From an uncultured Gammaproteobacteria bacterium (lineage in GTDB: Bacteria; Patescibacteriota; Microgenomatia; Levybacterales; GWA1-39-11): a stretch of 64,000 nt of DNA. Shown here piece after piece: positions 46,508 through 56,271 of this stretch (positions within the stretch are counted from its first letter, which is position 1; each line of letters starts with the position of its first letter). The stretch is taken from contig CAZYWG010000006.1 of the NCBI GenBank assembly GCA_964651815.1, positions 23,259 through 87,258 of the forward strand. The letters run 5' to 3'. A model generated the notes under the pieces. The model made no database searches. It worked only from the letters and a program-made list of their open reading frames with translations, and was not told the DNA's origin. Both the position numbers and the translations under genes were made by a program.

Positions 46508-46741
46508 CTATCCATTTAGAAATCCTGCCATTTCTTTTAGGTTTTGCTCAAAATTTGCAACATCCTCTGGAAATAAAAGAAAAGAATTGTAGATTCTATC
46601 TTTTCCTTCCCCCATGAATTTGGATTCTGTAATTTTGAGATATTTCTTCTCGTTTTGGCCTTGATTAACGTCAAAGAAGTATGTGCGTCTTCCAAATCTG
46701 ACGTGTGAGGACTTAATTTTATTACTCTTACCCTGTGTCAT
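46508..46741 (-). CDS. PUR-domain (DUF3276/BpuR-like) nucleic acid-binding protein
   Basis: GRRTYFFDV...KYLKITESK...LFPED; SD AAGGGGGTGA before ATG 46741. Confidence 0.85.
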   Translation of the reverse strand: MTQGKSNKIKSSHVRFGRRTYFFDVNQGQNEKKYLKITESKFMGEGKDRIYNSFLLFPEDVANFEQNLKEMAGFLNG

Positions 46742-46888
46742 ATGTATCACCCCCTTCCTTTTGTGTCTTCCCAACTCTTGTTTAAAGAACTGAAGATAAG
46801 TAAAAGAATAAACGAAAAATACACGAAAGTCAACTAAGACAAAATAGGTCTTTTTACGTCAATATTTTGGCTGGGAAAAACTTGTATT

Positions 46889-47275
46889 TTATGAAATTTG
46901 GAGAATAGAAAGAATGTTACCGTCGGGGTCGCGAAACCAAGCCGATTTTAAACTGCCCATTGTTGCTACTCCTTTTTCATCAGTCTTAATTCCGTTTGGC
47001 ATTTCATAATGTTCAAATTTAACCCCTTTTTTTGTTAGCTCATCAACTTCCTGCTCAAGAGCTTGAACTGTAAAAGTTGCAAGTGTATGTTCTGCTTTTG
47101 ATTCTCCTCTGACGTAGACATATAAAGTAGTTCCGTTACCGCATTCGTATAACGCTGCGTCTTCAGGAGACGCCATTTCACTTTTTTTAAGGCCCAAAAC
47201 ATTTTCATAAAACTCGCGGGACCTCTTTATATCAGTTGATGGAATCATTGCGGTGACCGGAGCGTTTGTTAACAT
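46889..47275 (-). CDS. VOC/glyoxalase family protein
   Basis: FYENVLGL, AWFRDPDGNIL. Confidence 0.9.
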   Translation of the reverse strand: MLTNAPVTAMIPSTDIKRSREFYENVLGLKKSEMASPEDAALYECGNGTTLYVYVRGESKAEHTLATFTVQALEQEVDELTKKGVKFEHYEMPNGIKTDEKGVATMGSLKSAWFRDPDGNILSILQIS

Positions 47276-47335
47276 AGAAGTTATACTATTTTAATAGGTT
47301 GAATTTGTCAAGAAAGAAAAGCGTAAATTATAAAT

Positions 47336-48064
47336 CTAAATTCCTGCAACACCAAGAATTCTGCCAATGCCGTAAGTGACCACCATTGCAAGAGCACCTC
47401 CTAATACTACTCTTGTTACTGAGCGCATCATGCTTGCGCCGCTTACCATTGCACTTAAAACACCGGTTACAACGAGAGCAATCAACACGGCAACAAATGC
47501 AACAGGAATTCTAATCCCGGCAGGCGGCACGAGTATAGCAATGATAGGTACCAAGGCTCCAACAAAAAAAGAGGCTGCAGAAGCAAAAGCAGCATGCCAG
47601 GGGTTTGTTAGATTGTCAGGGTCAAGTTTTAGTTCCGCATCAACGTGGGCGGCAAACGCGTCTCGGGCAGTTAGTTCAAGAGCTACAGTCTTTGCCGTTT
47701 TAGGCGATAAACCCTTCCGTTCGTAAATTGATATTAGTTCTTCAAGTTCTGCTTCCGGATAATTTTTAAGCTCGAACCTTTCTTTTTCAAGCAGTGCTTT
47801 TTCTGTGTCCCGGGAGCTACTTACAGAAACATATTCTCCAGCCGCCATAGAGATAGCGCCAGCAACTATTCCGGCAAGTCCCGCTGCAAGAATAATTGTT
47901 ACAGAATTAGTTACGCCCGCAACTCCAACAACCAATCCGGCAACTGATACTATTCCATCTCCCGCGCCTAGAACTGATGCACGTAGCCAATTTAATTTTG
48001 GACCAACACTTGGATTGTGCGGCTCAGGATGCGATTCGGATTTATCAATAGTTTTTACACTCAT
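47336..48064 (-). CDS. VIT1/CCC1 family metal transporter
   Basis: LNWLRASVLGAGDGIVS, SMAAGEYVSVSS, NPWHAAFAS. Confidence 0.93.
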   Translation of the reverse strand: MSVKTIDKSESHPEPHNPSVGPKLNWLRASVLGAGDGIVSVAGLVVGVAGVTNSVTIILAAGLAGIVAGAISMAAGEYVSVSSSRDTEKALLEKERFELKNYPEAELEELISIYERKGLSPKTAKTVALELTARDAFAAHVDAELKLDPDNLTNPWHAAFASAASFFVGALVPIIAILVPPAGIRIPVAFVAVLIALVVTGVLSAMVSGASMMRSVTRVVLGGALAMVVTYGIGRILGVAGI

Positions 48065-48117
48065 TGTAAGAATTATAGCAAAGATAGAAGATAAAGGCTT
48101 TATAAGAGGGACTTAAA

Positions 48118-48492
48118 TTATTTTCTGTTTCCGTCCAACCCGCCGCGCAAAGGGGTTTCAGAGACATGTGTTAATGGAGAATGTCCGTTAGATGTATATT
48201 TTGGTTGTCCATGTTCTAAAGCTGTTTCAATGTGGCCATTTGTGTGTGAGTAACCTTCTTGCATTGCGTCTTCTACAAGAGATTGCTTGAATTCTTCTCT
48301 ATAAGCGTTTGGATCCCAACCGCCAGGATATGAATTCCCTTTTAAGCCTTTACGTTTACTGTCAGGGGTTTTGAAAGGCGCTCTTCCACGTGCAAAAGTA
48401 TAACTCCTCATTCTATTTCTCATGGAACTTCCTTTTATATAGTGATAATCGGGGTCAGGCTGTTCTCGTAAATCGGGTTCTAGTTCTAGCAC
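48118..48492 (-). CDS. Hypothetical protein
   Basis: 124-aa ORF filling the gap; TGCTATGAT upstream. Confidence 0.55.
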   Translation of the reverse strand: MLELEPDLREQPDPDYHYIKGSSMRNRMRSYTFARGRAPFKTPDSKRKGLKGNSYPGGWDPNAYREEFKQSLVEDAMQEGYSHTNGHIETALEHGQPKYTSNGHSPLTHVSETPLRGGLDGNRK

Positions 48493-48574
48493 AATTTTTT
48501 GATCATAGCAAAAAGAAATAAAGAGTTCAATATATCATTTTGGCACTATATATCTGGCAAAATAGTCCAAGCAA

Positions 48575-49147
48575 TTAGATGATTTGGGGAGTGTATGTTA
48601 GTAATACGTTGCCATTTTTGAATTCGCGGACGTTCGAAAGTTTTAAATTTAATTGAGTTTTAATGCCTTCAAATAATCTTGTTCCTTGTCCCAGTACAAC
48701 ACGATTTATCATAATTCTAAATTCGTCAATCAAATTGTGTTTAATAAATGTAAGACATAAATTGTCGCTTCCGTAAATTGCAATATCACCGCCCGGTTCA
48801 TTCTTAAGTTTTTTAATGTAGTTTGGATCGACGTTGTGTAATAGTTTGACATTTTTCCATTTCTCAGTTTCATGGATTTGAGTTAAAGTTTTTGAGAAAA
48901 CAACTTTTGGAGTCGTATTCATTAGATTAGCAACGATCGGATCATCCAACCTTGCCATATCAGTCGGCCAATAATTTGCCATCAGTTCATAAGTTCGTCG
49001 CCCGAATAACAAGGTTCCAACGTTTCTAGTTTGCTCAATTGCAAATTCGTTAAATTCCGCGTCTACATTGTGCCAGGACAGGTCATGATTTGGTCCCTCA
49101 AAAAAGCCGTCTAGTGAGACCATCATAAATAAAAATATTTTTCTCAT
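48575..49147 (-). CDS. Dihydrofolate reductase-like (RibD C-terminal) protein
   Basis: SLDGF, LLFGRRTY, KVVFS, LIDEF, GNVLLTY. Confidence 0.9.
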   Translation of the reverse strand: MRKIFLFMMVSLDGFFEGPNHDLSWHNVDAEFNEFAIEQTRNVGTLLFGRRTYELMANYWPTDMARLDDPIVANLMNTTPKVVFSKTLTQIHETEKWKNVKLLHNVDPNYIKKLKNEPGGDIAIYGSDNLCLTFIKHNLIDEFRIMINRVVLGQGTRLFEGIKTQLNLKLSNVREFKNGNVLLTYTPQII

Positions 49148-49596
49148 TTTTTTAAGTTATTAATATATTGCATTCTGTTTTCAATCATTTTTTGTTGTCC
49201 TGCATTGGGAGTGCGAGGAATGTTGGCAAAATAGCCTATGATATATGGCAGAGCTATGTATAGCAATATAATCACAGTGATTATAGTTATGGTAATTGTT
49301 TTATTTATTCGCAGACCTTTCCACACAGCGAGTGTAACTACCCAAAGAATTAAAATATCAACTACAAGCAGAATCCAACGGTAATGCCAGCTGTAGTCCG
49401 CCGGGGAAGAAGATAATTGCAGGCCAAGAGAGGTTACCCTGCCGGCGAAAGGTAGAGGAAATCCAATTTGGACTGCGCAATAATCAATGCCGAGGCATTC
49501 CTGTCTTGTGAACCAAAAAATAGATGACAGTGTGGAAAACAATAAAGTTGCAATTAATAGAGTGATTATTAATTGTTTTGGTTTAAAGCCAAGCAT
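49144..49596 (-). CDS. Hypothetical membrane protein
   Basis: Three TM, GFPLPF; TATACT 6 nt before ATG. Confidence 0.65.
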   Translation of the reverse strand: MLGFKPKQLIITLLIATLLFSTLSSIFWFTRQECLGIDYCAVQIGFPLPFAGRVTSLGLQLSSSPADYSWHYRWILLVVDILILWVVTLAVWKGLRINKTITITIITVIILLYIALPYIIGYFANIPRTPNAGQQKMIENRMQYINNLKK

Positions 49597-49628
49597 AACC
49601 TAAGTATAGGAAGCAGTAAGTGTTGATG

Positions 49629-49901
49629 TCAAACCAGGTTAAATCTCTTTTGGTTCCTTTGTTTAGATTTTGCTGCTTCTACTTCCCTATTTTTCGGGTC
49701 GGCATCTGTTGTAAGTGAAGTTAATAATTCGGAAGCTGCTTCGGTTACATGGTCAACTGCATGTCTAAATGCTTTCTCGTTTATTCTAGAAGGTTTATTA
49801 AAACCTGAAATTTTTCTTACAAACTGTTCTGACGCCGCACGAATCTCATCTTCTTTTGCAGGCGGGTCAAAATTAAAAAGCGGTTTTATATTTCTACACA
49901 T
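49629..49901 (-). CDS. DUF2277-like protein
   Basis: MCRNIKPLFNFDPPA...AASEQFVRKISGF. Confidence 0.85.
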   Translation of the reverse strand: MCRNIKPLFNFDPPAKEDEIRAASEQFVRKISGFNKPSRINEKAFRHAVDHVTEAASELLTSLTTDADPKNREVEAAKSKQRNQKRFNLV

Positions 49902-50012
49902 GAGTAAATTTTCGTCAATTAAAATCTATAAAAAAATTTGCGAAATCCTAAAGCGCCGAGGCGCGTAGGATTACTTCCCGACAGTTAAAAATATTATAAA
50001 AGATAAAACAAA

Positions 50013-50038
50013 ACACTGAAACCCACAGGCTTCAGTGT
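50013..50038 (-). terminator. Intrinsic terminator of the VOC operon
   Basis: Minus strand ACACTGAAGCC-TGTG-GGTTTCAGTGT followed by TTTGTTTT. Confidence 0.7.
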
Positions 50039-50099
50039 AGGTACCGTTCAATTCTAATTTCGTAGAAGGAATTTTTCAAGAGACTAATGGGACACACCA

Positions 50100-50474
50100 T
50101 TATTTCTTAGGATCCCAAGGTGTTATTAGTTGAAAGTAATTTCCATCAGGGTCAGCAAGTGTTGCAATCCAAAACTCTCCTTCATCCCCCATCTTGTAGG
50201 GTTCTGCAACAACTTTAACGCCAGAAATCTCCTTCACTCTTGCAAATTCACCTTTTACATCATTTGTTTCAAAGTTGAAAAGAATTCTATCAGGATTTGA
50301 ATTTTTGCCCTTAATTTTATCATGAGAGCCAATACTAAAGAAGCAGCTCCCAACTAAAAAGCCTGCATACCCTTCTTCTTCCATTTCAGGCTTTTTATCA
50401 AAAACTTTACCATAGAATTCAACAAGTTCTTTTTTGTTTTCTGTTGAAAGTAAAATTGAATTAAAATTTAACAT
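50100..50474 (-). CDS. VOC/glyoxalase family protein
   Basis: EFYGKVF, NFETNDV, ADPDGNYFQL; SD GAGGTGA before ATG 50474. Confidence 0.88.
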   Translation of the reverse strand: MLNFNSILLSTENKKELVEFYGKVFDKKPEMEEEGYAGFLVGSCFFSIGSHDKIKGKNSNPDRILFNFETNDVKGEFARVKEISGVKVVAEPYKMGDEGEFWIATLADPDGNYFQLITPWDPKK

Positions 50475-50514
50475 ATTATTCACCTCACTTTCGGGCTTTT
50501 GCCAGTATTTAATT

Positions 50515-51015
50515 TTAGCTAGCGGCTTTTTTGATTGCTTCAAGGTCAAGTTTTTTCATTGGCATGAAGGCGGCTGTTACTTTTTCAGTTTTTGTAGGAT
50601 CTCTCATGAGTTCATCTAAAATTCTTGGAACAATCTGCCAGGTAACACCAAATTTATCTGTACACCATCCGCATTGCTCGGCTTCAGGAACCGCAGACAA
50701 TTTTTCCCAGAAATGGTCAATTTCTTCTTGTGTTTCGCAGTTAACAACAAAAGATACTGAGCCATTAAGTTTGAACTGCTCAAGTGGTCCACCATTGAGA
50801 GCCATAAATTTTGCTCCATCAAGCTCATATTCAATGGTTAAAACACTTCCCGCTGGGCGCCCTGAGATTTCTGCGGCTGCTTCGGGAGTTTTTTGAGTGG
50901 TTGTGATTTTTCCTTCATGTTGACCAGGGGCAGACTTAAAAGTATCTACATAGTGATTTGCAGCTTCTTCGCCGTTGTTATTAACAAACCAAATGCAATT
51001 CGTAATCTTAGACAT
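50515..51015 (-). CDS. VOC family protein (PhnB-like)
   Basis: ALNGGP, CETQEEID, CGWCTDKFGVTWQI. Confidence 0.9.
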   Translation of the reverse strand: MSKITNCIWFVNNNGEEAANHYVDTFKSAPGQHEGKITTTQKTPEAAAEISGRPAGSVLTIEYELDGAKFMALNGGPLEQFKLNGSVSFVVNCETQEEIDHFWEKLSAVPEAEQCGWCTDKFGVTWQIVPRILDELMRDPTKTEKVTAAFMPMKKLDLEAIKKAAS

Positions 51016-51068
51016 CGGGATATTCTACCAGAAATGTAAGAATTTTTTCAGTAGGAAAAATGTAAGAG

Positions 51069-51665
51069 TTAGCCCACTTCACCTGTCGCGACTTCTCCAT
51101 CACGCTTATAGTTAGCAGCTATCACTCCGTTATGTGTTATAGCACTTTTTATAAGCTTCCATCCAACAGGAATTGTTCCATCGTGAAAAAGTTTTTTACC
51201 GCTCCCTAAAGTAACGGGGAATACTTTAAGCCACAATTCATCTACAAGATCATGTTTCAATAATGTCTGAATAAGGTTTCCACTCCCGTAAATTTGTAAA
51301 GGTGATCCATCTTCTTCTTTGAGTTTTTTAATATCCTCAACGTTTTTTAGGACTTTTGTATTTTCCCAAGGGGTGTCTTTGATATTTTTTGAGACAACGT
51401 ATTTTGTGATCTTATTTACCTGCGGCCAAAATTCATCTGCGTGAGTTGGCCAATAGTTGGCAAATATGTCATATGTTTTTCTTCCCAAAAGCAAATCATA
51501 TTCTCCTGCCATTTGTTCTTGCATTATTTTCCCGGCCTCGTCGTCAAAAAATGGAGCTGTCCAACCGCCATATTTGAAGCCTTCAGCAGTATCTTCTTTT
51601 GATCCACCGGGAGCCTGCATTACCCCGTCGAGGGATATAAACTCTAAAACAATAATCTTTCTCAT
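51069..51665 (-). CDS. Dihydrofolate reductase-like (RibD C-terminal) protein
   Basis: SLDGVMQAPG, LLGRKTY, GSGNL, LVDEL. Confidence 0.9.
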   Translation of the reverse strand: MRKIIVLEFISLDGVMQAPGGSKEDTAEGFKYGGWTAPFFDDEAGKIMQEQMAGEYDLLLGRKTYDIFANYWPTHADEFWPQVNKITKYVVSKNIKDTPWENTKVLKNVEDIKKLKEEDGSPLQIYGSGNLIQTLLKHDLVDELWLKVFPVTLGSGKKLFHDGTIPVGWKLIKSAITHNGVIAANYKRDGEVATGEVG

Positions 51666-51758
51666 AGCGTTATTCTAGCATGAATTGTAAGAACTTTAAA
51701 ATAGGAATTTTGTTAAGAAAGTGTATGAAAAAAATTCGAGTGCGGCCGCACTTTTTAG

Positions 51759-52226
51759 TTATAAACTTTCTACTACTTTTGCAAGTCTTTCAAGACCTGC
51801 AGACGCGCCTTCTTTCATTCCCATTGAAACCATTCCTTCCAAGTCCTGAGCATTATCAAATTTTGATATTGTAGTAACTTTAGTTTTTCCTCCATCAACA
51901 GGCTCAAGATTAAGAGTCTCGGTCATAATATGTCCCGCCATAGGCTCGTATTCAAAAGTTCTGACGATTTTTTTGGGTTCGTCAATTTCTTTCATTTCGC
52001 CGCGGAATGCGTGTTCTTTTCCATCTCCTTCGTGGCTGTGACTCACAAAACGCCATGCACCGCCCACTTTCATCTCTAGCTTATCAACAGTGGTATTTTC
52101 CCACCATTTAACAATTAATTCAGGCTTTGTATATGCTGCCCAAAGCTTGTCCGGTGTCGCATTGAAAACGCGCGTGATTCTGACTTCTAATTTATCTTTA
52201 TCAACTTCAAATTGAGTGTCATTCAT
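51759..52226 (-). CDS. SRPBCC/AHSA1-domain protein
   Basis: ITRVFNA, GGAWRF, RTFEYE, GMKEG...LERL; SD AAAGGAGG. Confidence 0.9.
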   Translation of the reverse strand: MNDTQFEVDKDKLEVRITRVFNATPDKLWAAYTKPELIVKWWENTTVDKLEMKVGGAWRFVSHSHEGDGKEHAFRGEMKEIDEPKKIVRTFEYEPMAGHIMTETLNLEPVDGGKTKVTTISKFDNAQDLEGMVSMGMKEGASAGLERLAKVVESL

Positions 52227-52326
52227 TATTTTTTCCCTCCTTTCAATAAAAATTTCGTCAACTAAAATAAGATAATAAATTTTTTATTGATACTGAGCCC
52301 TCCCTTCGGGAGGCGAATGTACTACC

Positions 52327-52641
52327 TTATTTTTGTTTCTTTAATTTCTCAAGTAATTTGTCTAATTTTTTAAAACGCTCATCCCACATTTTTACCATCT
52401 TTTTTGCCCACTCTTCTATTTCATGGATTGAAGTAGCATTAATTGTATAAATCCTTTGCTGCGCGCGTTTTTCCATATCAACGAGCTTTGCTTCTCGCAA
52501 AACTTTTAGATGCTGAGAAATAGCAGGTGCTGAAACTTTAAAATTGCCGGAAATATCAGACGCTGTGAGTTGTCCTTTTGCGGCAATCAATTCCAAAATG
52601 CGGCGGCGATTGGGGTCAGAAAGAGCCTGAAAAGTATCCAT
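52327..52641 (-). CDS. ArsR/SmtB-family transcriptional regulator
   Basis: FQALSDPNRRRIL, SAPAISQHLKVLREAKLV. Confidence 0.93.
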   Translation of the reverse strand: MDTFQALSDPNRRRILELIAAKGQLTASDISGNFKVSAPAISQHLKVLREAKLVDMEKRAQQRIYTINATSIHEIEEWAKKMVKMWDERFKKLDKLLEKLKKQK

Positions 52642-52649
52642 TAAGAAGT

Positions 52650-52678
52650 ATTATAAATCATCCACTTAATTAAGTCAA
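52650..52678 (-). promoter_or_regulatory. ArsR gene promoter with palindromic operator
   Basis: TTGACT-N17-TATAAT on minus strand; ACTTAATTAAGT palindrome at 52664-75. Confidence 0.65.
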
Positions 52679-52730
52679 GGGTTAAATAGAAGAAGGAATT
52701 GAACTTTACCTAAAATGCTACAATAAAATT

Positions 52731-54071
52731 ATGGAAAAACTTTTTGATTTGACCAAGAAATCTTTGGTTATAGTTTTTGCATACGCGCCAACGGGACTCG
52801 GACATCTTCGGGTAACAGATGCTTTATACCACGGTCTTCCAGAAAATGCGGCTCCTCTTCTTTTGGGCTCGCAGGATAAAACCCTCAGCGAAATTTATAG
52901 GCTTACAAGTATTCATCGTTTGGCTTCCTCAGTACTTGAATTTTTTGAATTTTTTGCTCCTGCCGTCACAATTTATAAAAAATATCTAAGAAGCCATACA
53001 AATCTTTTGTATGGGCAGCTCTTAACAATTCTTGATGAGCGTTTAACGGTTCCAGAAACAGTAGTTTTGGTTGCAACGCATTTTGGCTTGGCGCAACAGC
53101 TCGGCGCAATTAAAGGAAAAATAGAACAAGCGCGTGGTGTAAAAGTCTTTCTTTTTGTCCAAGTAACAGATGATAGTCCCCACCCTCTTTGGTACGTAGA
53201 AGGCGCTGACATTATTTTTGTCCCAAGTTTTAAAACTAAAAAAGCATTTCAGGATTACGCAGGTGAGGCAAAACTTCCCGCAGTTCATTTCCAGGTTTCG
53301 TCTTACCCCGTCACCCCAACGCTTACACAAGCGCTCCACGCGGATGAATATGCAGAGAGGCGGGAAGAACTTGATAATACGCATACAAGAAAAATTCACT
53401 TTGCAATTCCTGTTTCAGGAGCAGCCATTGGAACAAACTTTATTGAACGCTTTACAAGCGCGCTACACGCAAAAAATGAAAAGTTCCATTTTCATATTAT
53501 GGTTAAAGACGCGTTTTATACCCAAAGTTTCATAAAAGATATGAAGCGCCGTTCTTATGTGGAGCTTGCGACGTCAACCCATGACAGAGGAACGGTTGAT
53601 GCATACGAGGAAGTTTATAAAAAGAATATTATCGCGCTTGAAATGACAAAACCGTCCGAACAAACGTTTAAAGTCCTCTGCTCCCCTAAAAACCGCGGTG
53701 GTGCAATGCTTTTGCTGGCTCCACCCGTTGGAAAATGGGAATTTGATAATTTGAATTTTTTGCACCGCCACAATTTAATTCCCTTACCTGAGACAGAAAG
53801 GGCATTACTTGAGCTTGTAGAAAAAGATGATGCTCCGTCAGAGCAATTACTTGAAGCGGCAAAATCCTGGCGGGCTTTAATTCTGCCGCAAGATAAAAAT
53901 CTTGCAGTAAAATTTGTGCTTTGGTGTCTTAAGAATAAGATTTTTTACTCAATGGCGCATTATGAGCTTGAAAATAAAGATTCAGATGAAAACAAACAAG
54001 AGCTAAGTCCGGAAGGAGTGCAAGAATTTTGGGAAAGTGTCTCCGCTTTTTTAAAAGAACAAACCAAGTAA
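52731..54071 (+). CDS. GT-B-fold glycosyltransferase-like protein
   Basis: AYAPTGLGHLR, ATHF, VTD, TKPSE, PPVGKWE (MGDG-synthase-like layout). Confidence 0.55.
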   Translation: MEKLFDLTKKSLVIVFAYAPTGLGHLRVTDALYHGLPENAAPLLLGSQDKTLSEIYRLTSIHRLASSVLEFFEFFAPAVTIYKKYLRSHTNLLYGQLLTILDERLTVPETVVLVATHFGLAQQLGAIKGKIEQARGVKVFLFVQVTDDSPHPLWYVEGADIIFVPSFKTKKAFQDYAGEAKLPAVHFQVSSYPVTPTLTQALHADEYAERREELDNTHTRKIHFAIPVSGAAIGTNFIERFTSALHAKNEKFHFHIMVKDAFYTQSFIKDMKRRSYVELATSTHDRGTVDAYEEVYKKNIIALEMTKPSEQTFKVLCSPKNRGGAMLLLAPPVGKWEFDNLNFLHRHNLIPLPETERALLELVEKDDAPSEQLLEAAKSWRALILPQDKNLAVKFVLWCLKNKIFYSMAHYELENKDSDENKQELSPEGVQEFWESVSAFLKEQTK

Positions 54072-54082
54072 AGGGTTAAATA

Positions 54083-54445
54083 CTACTTTTCTATCTGGGT
54101 GAGTTTTGTTTTCGCGGGAGTTACAGTAATATGTGTAAACCTGCCTTTATTAAGTGCGCCGTGAGAATGTATTTCGCCTGCGGGGCTCCATGCAATATCT
54201 CCCTCTTTTAAAATAAATCGCTTATCTTTTGTCTCGTAAAATCCAACACCTTCAGTTACTATTAAAACCTGGTCGTGGGTATGTTTGTGGAAACGGTTTC
54301 TTACGTTGTTGGGGAAATGAACATAGGCGACATTCATATCAGCACCCTCTTCTTCTGATACTGCTGTTTGCATGACAACCTCATCAGTAAAAAGCGGCGC
54401 TGCAACCTTTTTCTTCTTAATATCTTTTATGTTTACAACTTTCAT
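54083..54445 (-). CDS. Cupin domain protein
   Basis: HKHTHDQ...G.G, PAGEIHSHGA. Confidence 0.9.
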   Translation of the reverse strand: MKVVNIKDIKKKKVAAPLFTDEVVMQTAVSEEEGADMNVAYVHFPNNVRNRFHKHTHDQVLIVTEGVGFYETKDKRFILKEGDIAWSPAGEIHSHGALNKGRFTHITVTPAKTKLTQIEK

Positions 54446-54478
54446 TTGGGAGTATGATACAGCGGGTTCACGCGTCTG

Positions 54479-55063
54479 TCAATTCGGCCATGCTTCCTTG
54501 GAGCGTCTTTGCGAACGCATCTCCATACCGTAAGCTCGTCTATCCCGGTAGGTTCTGACAGTTGATGAATCTTCAAAATCTACTATTCTACCAAGCGCTC
54601 TGAGAGCTTTGGGAGAAATAACATCTATGTGCATGAGATGTTCTCCGCCCTCTTGTCCACCCGTGGTCCTTTTCCATCCGTCTATTCCTTCCAAGGGACT
54701 ATTGAGTAAATACTGTCCATCAACTTTAATTTCCATACCGGTTTGTGCAAATTTAAGTTCGGGTTGTAGAGCGAACCGTGCAAGAGCACGCGCTGTTCTT
54801 ACTGCAAGCTCGTTTGTACCCTTTGCGGCAATTGCTTCTTCTATATCTTTACCGGTGAATGTGCCGCGGTTTCCTGCATCAAAAACCTCGTCTTCTCGGA
54901 AAGGTTCGTCACCTACTTCAACAACTTTTAATGTAGCTTTGCCGTATTTTTCTCTTGGATCCTCATCCGATGCAAAGATTTTTATGATCTTTGTTCCGTG
55001 AGGGACTTTTTTCCTCTCGAGAAAATACATTGCCTCGGTCCAATCTTCAAATCGAATATGCAT
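54479..55063 (-). CDS. Hypothetical protein
   Basis: 194-aa ORF; TGCTATAAT 7 nt before ATG. Confidence 0.7.
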   Translation of the reverse strand: MHIRFEDWTEAMYFLERKKVPHGTKIIKIFASDEDPREKYGKATLKVVEVGDEPFREDEVFDAGNRGTFTGKDIEEAIAAKGTNELAVRTARALARFALQPELKFAQTGMEIKVDGQYLLNSPLEGIDGWKRTTGGQEGGEHLMHIDVISPKALRALGRIVDFEDSSTVRTYRDRRAYGMEMRSQRRSKEAWPN

Positions 55064-55127
55064 GAGCGCAATTATAGCAAAATTTTGGTTCGGGCGGGTG
55101 TCAATTCACGGCTGGCGGTTTATGGGA

Positions 55128-55508
55128 TTATTTTTGGGTTATGAAGTGGAGGGCGAAAACCTCATTTTGATAAGTGATAGGCACCATTATGATGTCTGTT
55201 GATATTTTTGTTCCATCCTTTTTGACAATCTTTGCTGAAAGGTGAGATGCATTAAAATTCTGAGAAGCCTCACTATATGCTTCAATAACTTTGTCCCTGT
55301 CCTCCTCCGCAACATCTGCCACCGGTGTTTGATTTTCAACCCATTCGCGAATAGATTTGTAGCCAACCAAATCGGCAAATTTCTGATTGCAGTTTTTGTG
55401 GGCATCATCCAGATATAAATAGATTGCCTGGTCAGAATTATTAAAGACAGTGCTTAATTGGTCTGTAAGTTCTTTTACAAGATGTTCGTGGTGCTCGTCG
55501 TGGGGCAT
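55128..55508 (-). CDS. Stand-alone PAS-domain protein
   Basis: VFNNSDQAIY, CNQKFADLVGY, VAEEDR, KKDG. Confidence 0.75.
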   Translation of the reverse strand: MPHDEHHEHLVKELTDQLSTVFNNSDQAIYLYLDDAHKNCNQKFADLVGYKSIREWVENQTPVADVAEEDRDKVIEAYSEASQNFNASHLSAKIVKKDGTKISTDIIMVPITYQNEVFALHFITQK

Positions 55509-55558
55509 ACCAAGATTTTAGAACTGCAAATTTTAAATGTCAAATGTTTGAGACTTTC

Positions 55559-56212
55559 TCAGGCAGCTTTGGTTTCCGGAACTCTTGCGTCCAGAAGATC
55601 TATTACGAGTTGTTGTTCTTCCGCTTCTAGTTGTAGATTGTCAAAAGCGTCCTCTTCTTTTGTTCTCTGCGGAAACTCTACAGAATAAATAGCTCCATTA
55701 TCTCTAGTAGTATTTAGATCCAAAGTGTGAGTAATAAATTTATATTTGGTTGGATTAAGAACGAAATCTATCCATTCAAAGTAATTTATGGCTTTTTCTA
55801 AATTCCATGTTTTTTCACCTTGGGCAACAAGAACGTGAAACGGAGTTGAATAATCTACGCCAATTTCTGGCGGAGAAACCGTAGCTCTGTTTCCTTCAAA
55901 ACCCTTGCTTTTAAAGTAGGCTTGATAGAGAGGTTCTATTTCTTCTTCATGACCACGTAAAAATTTATAGCTATTATTAGTAGGTTGTGCTAAATACATG
56001 GCAACTGCCATTTTTAGCCACCCGGGCTCTTTTTGCAAACGAGGAAAATAATGACCATGTATTGGTTTGGCTATTGCCAAAGTCTGAACCATGTCGATTT
56101 TTGAGTGGTGTAATAATTCAAGTTTTTCCTTGACTTGTCTAGGTTTCCAGATTTCCACGGCTCCTGTTTCCGGGGTTCCAAGCCTGTGTCTTACTGCTTC
56201 TATTACTCCCAT
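55559..56212 (-). CDS. Hypothetical protein
   Basis: 217-aa ORF; TGATATAAT 6 nt before ATG. Confidence 0.7.
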   Translation of the reverse strand: MGVIEAVRHRLGTPETGAVEIWKPRQVKEKLELLHHSKIDMVQTLAIAKPIHGHYFPRLQKEPGWLKMAVAMYLAQPTNNSYKFLRGHEEEIEPLYQAYFKSKGFEGNRATVSPPEIGVDYSTPFHVLVAQGEKTWNLEKAINYFEWIDFVLNPTKYKFITHTLDLNTTRDNGAIYSVEFPQRTKEEDAFDNLQLEAEEQQLVIDLLDARVPETKAA

Positions 56213-56271
56213 TCGCAGATTATATCACATAATTATAGGATATTAAATGAGGCTAGGTTCTTTAAATTCAG

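Noticed and set aside
50040-50105. Riboswitch (fluoride-like ATGG...CCAT stem)
   Set aside because: Only a short TAATGG/CCATTA hairpin at a gene 3' end; conserved aptamer elements are absent
52299-52313. CCTCCC-TTC-GGGAGG hairpin as ncRNA or REP element
   Set aside because: Single short stem with no other copy noticed; likely a simple mRNA stability or termination hairpin
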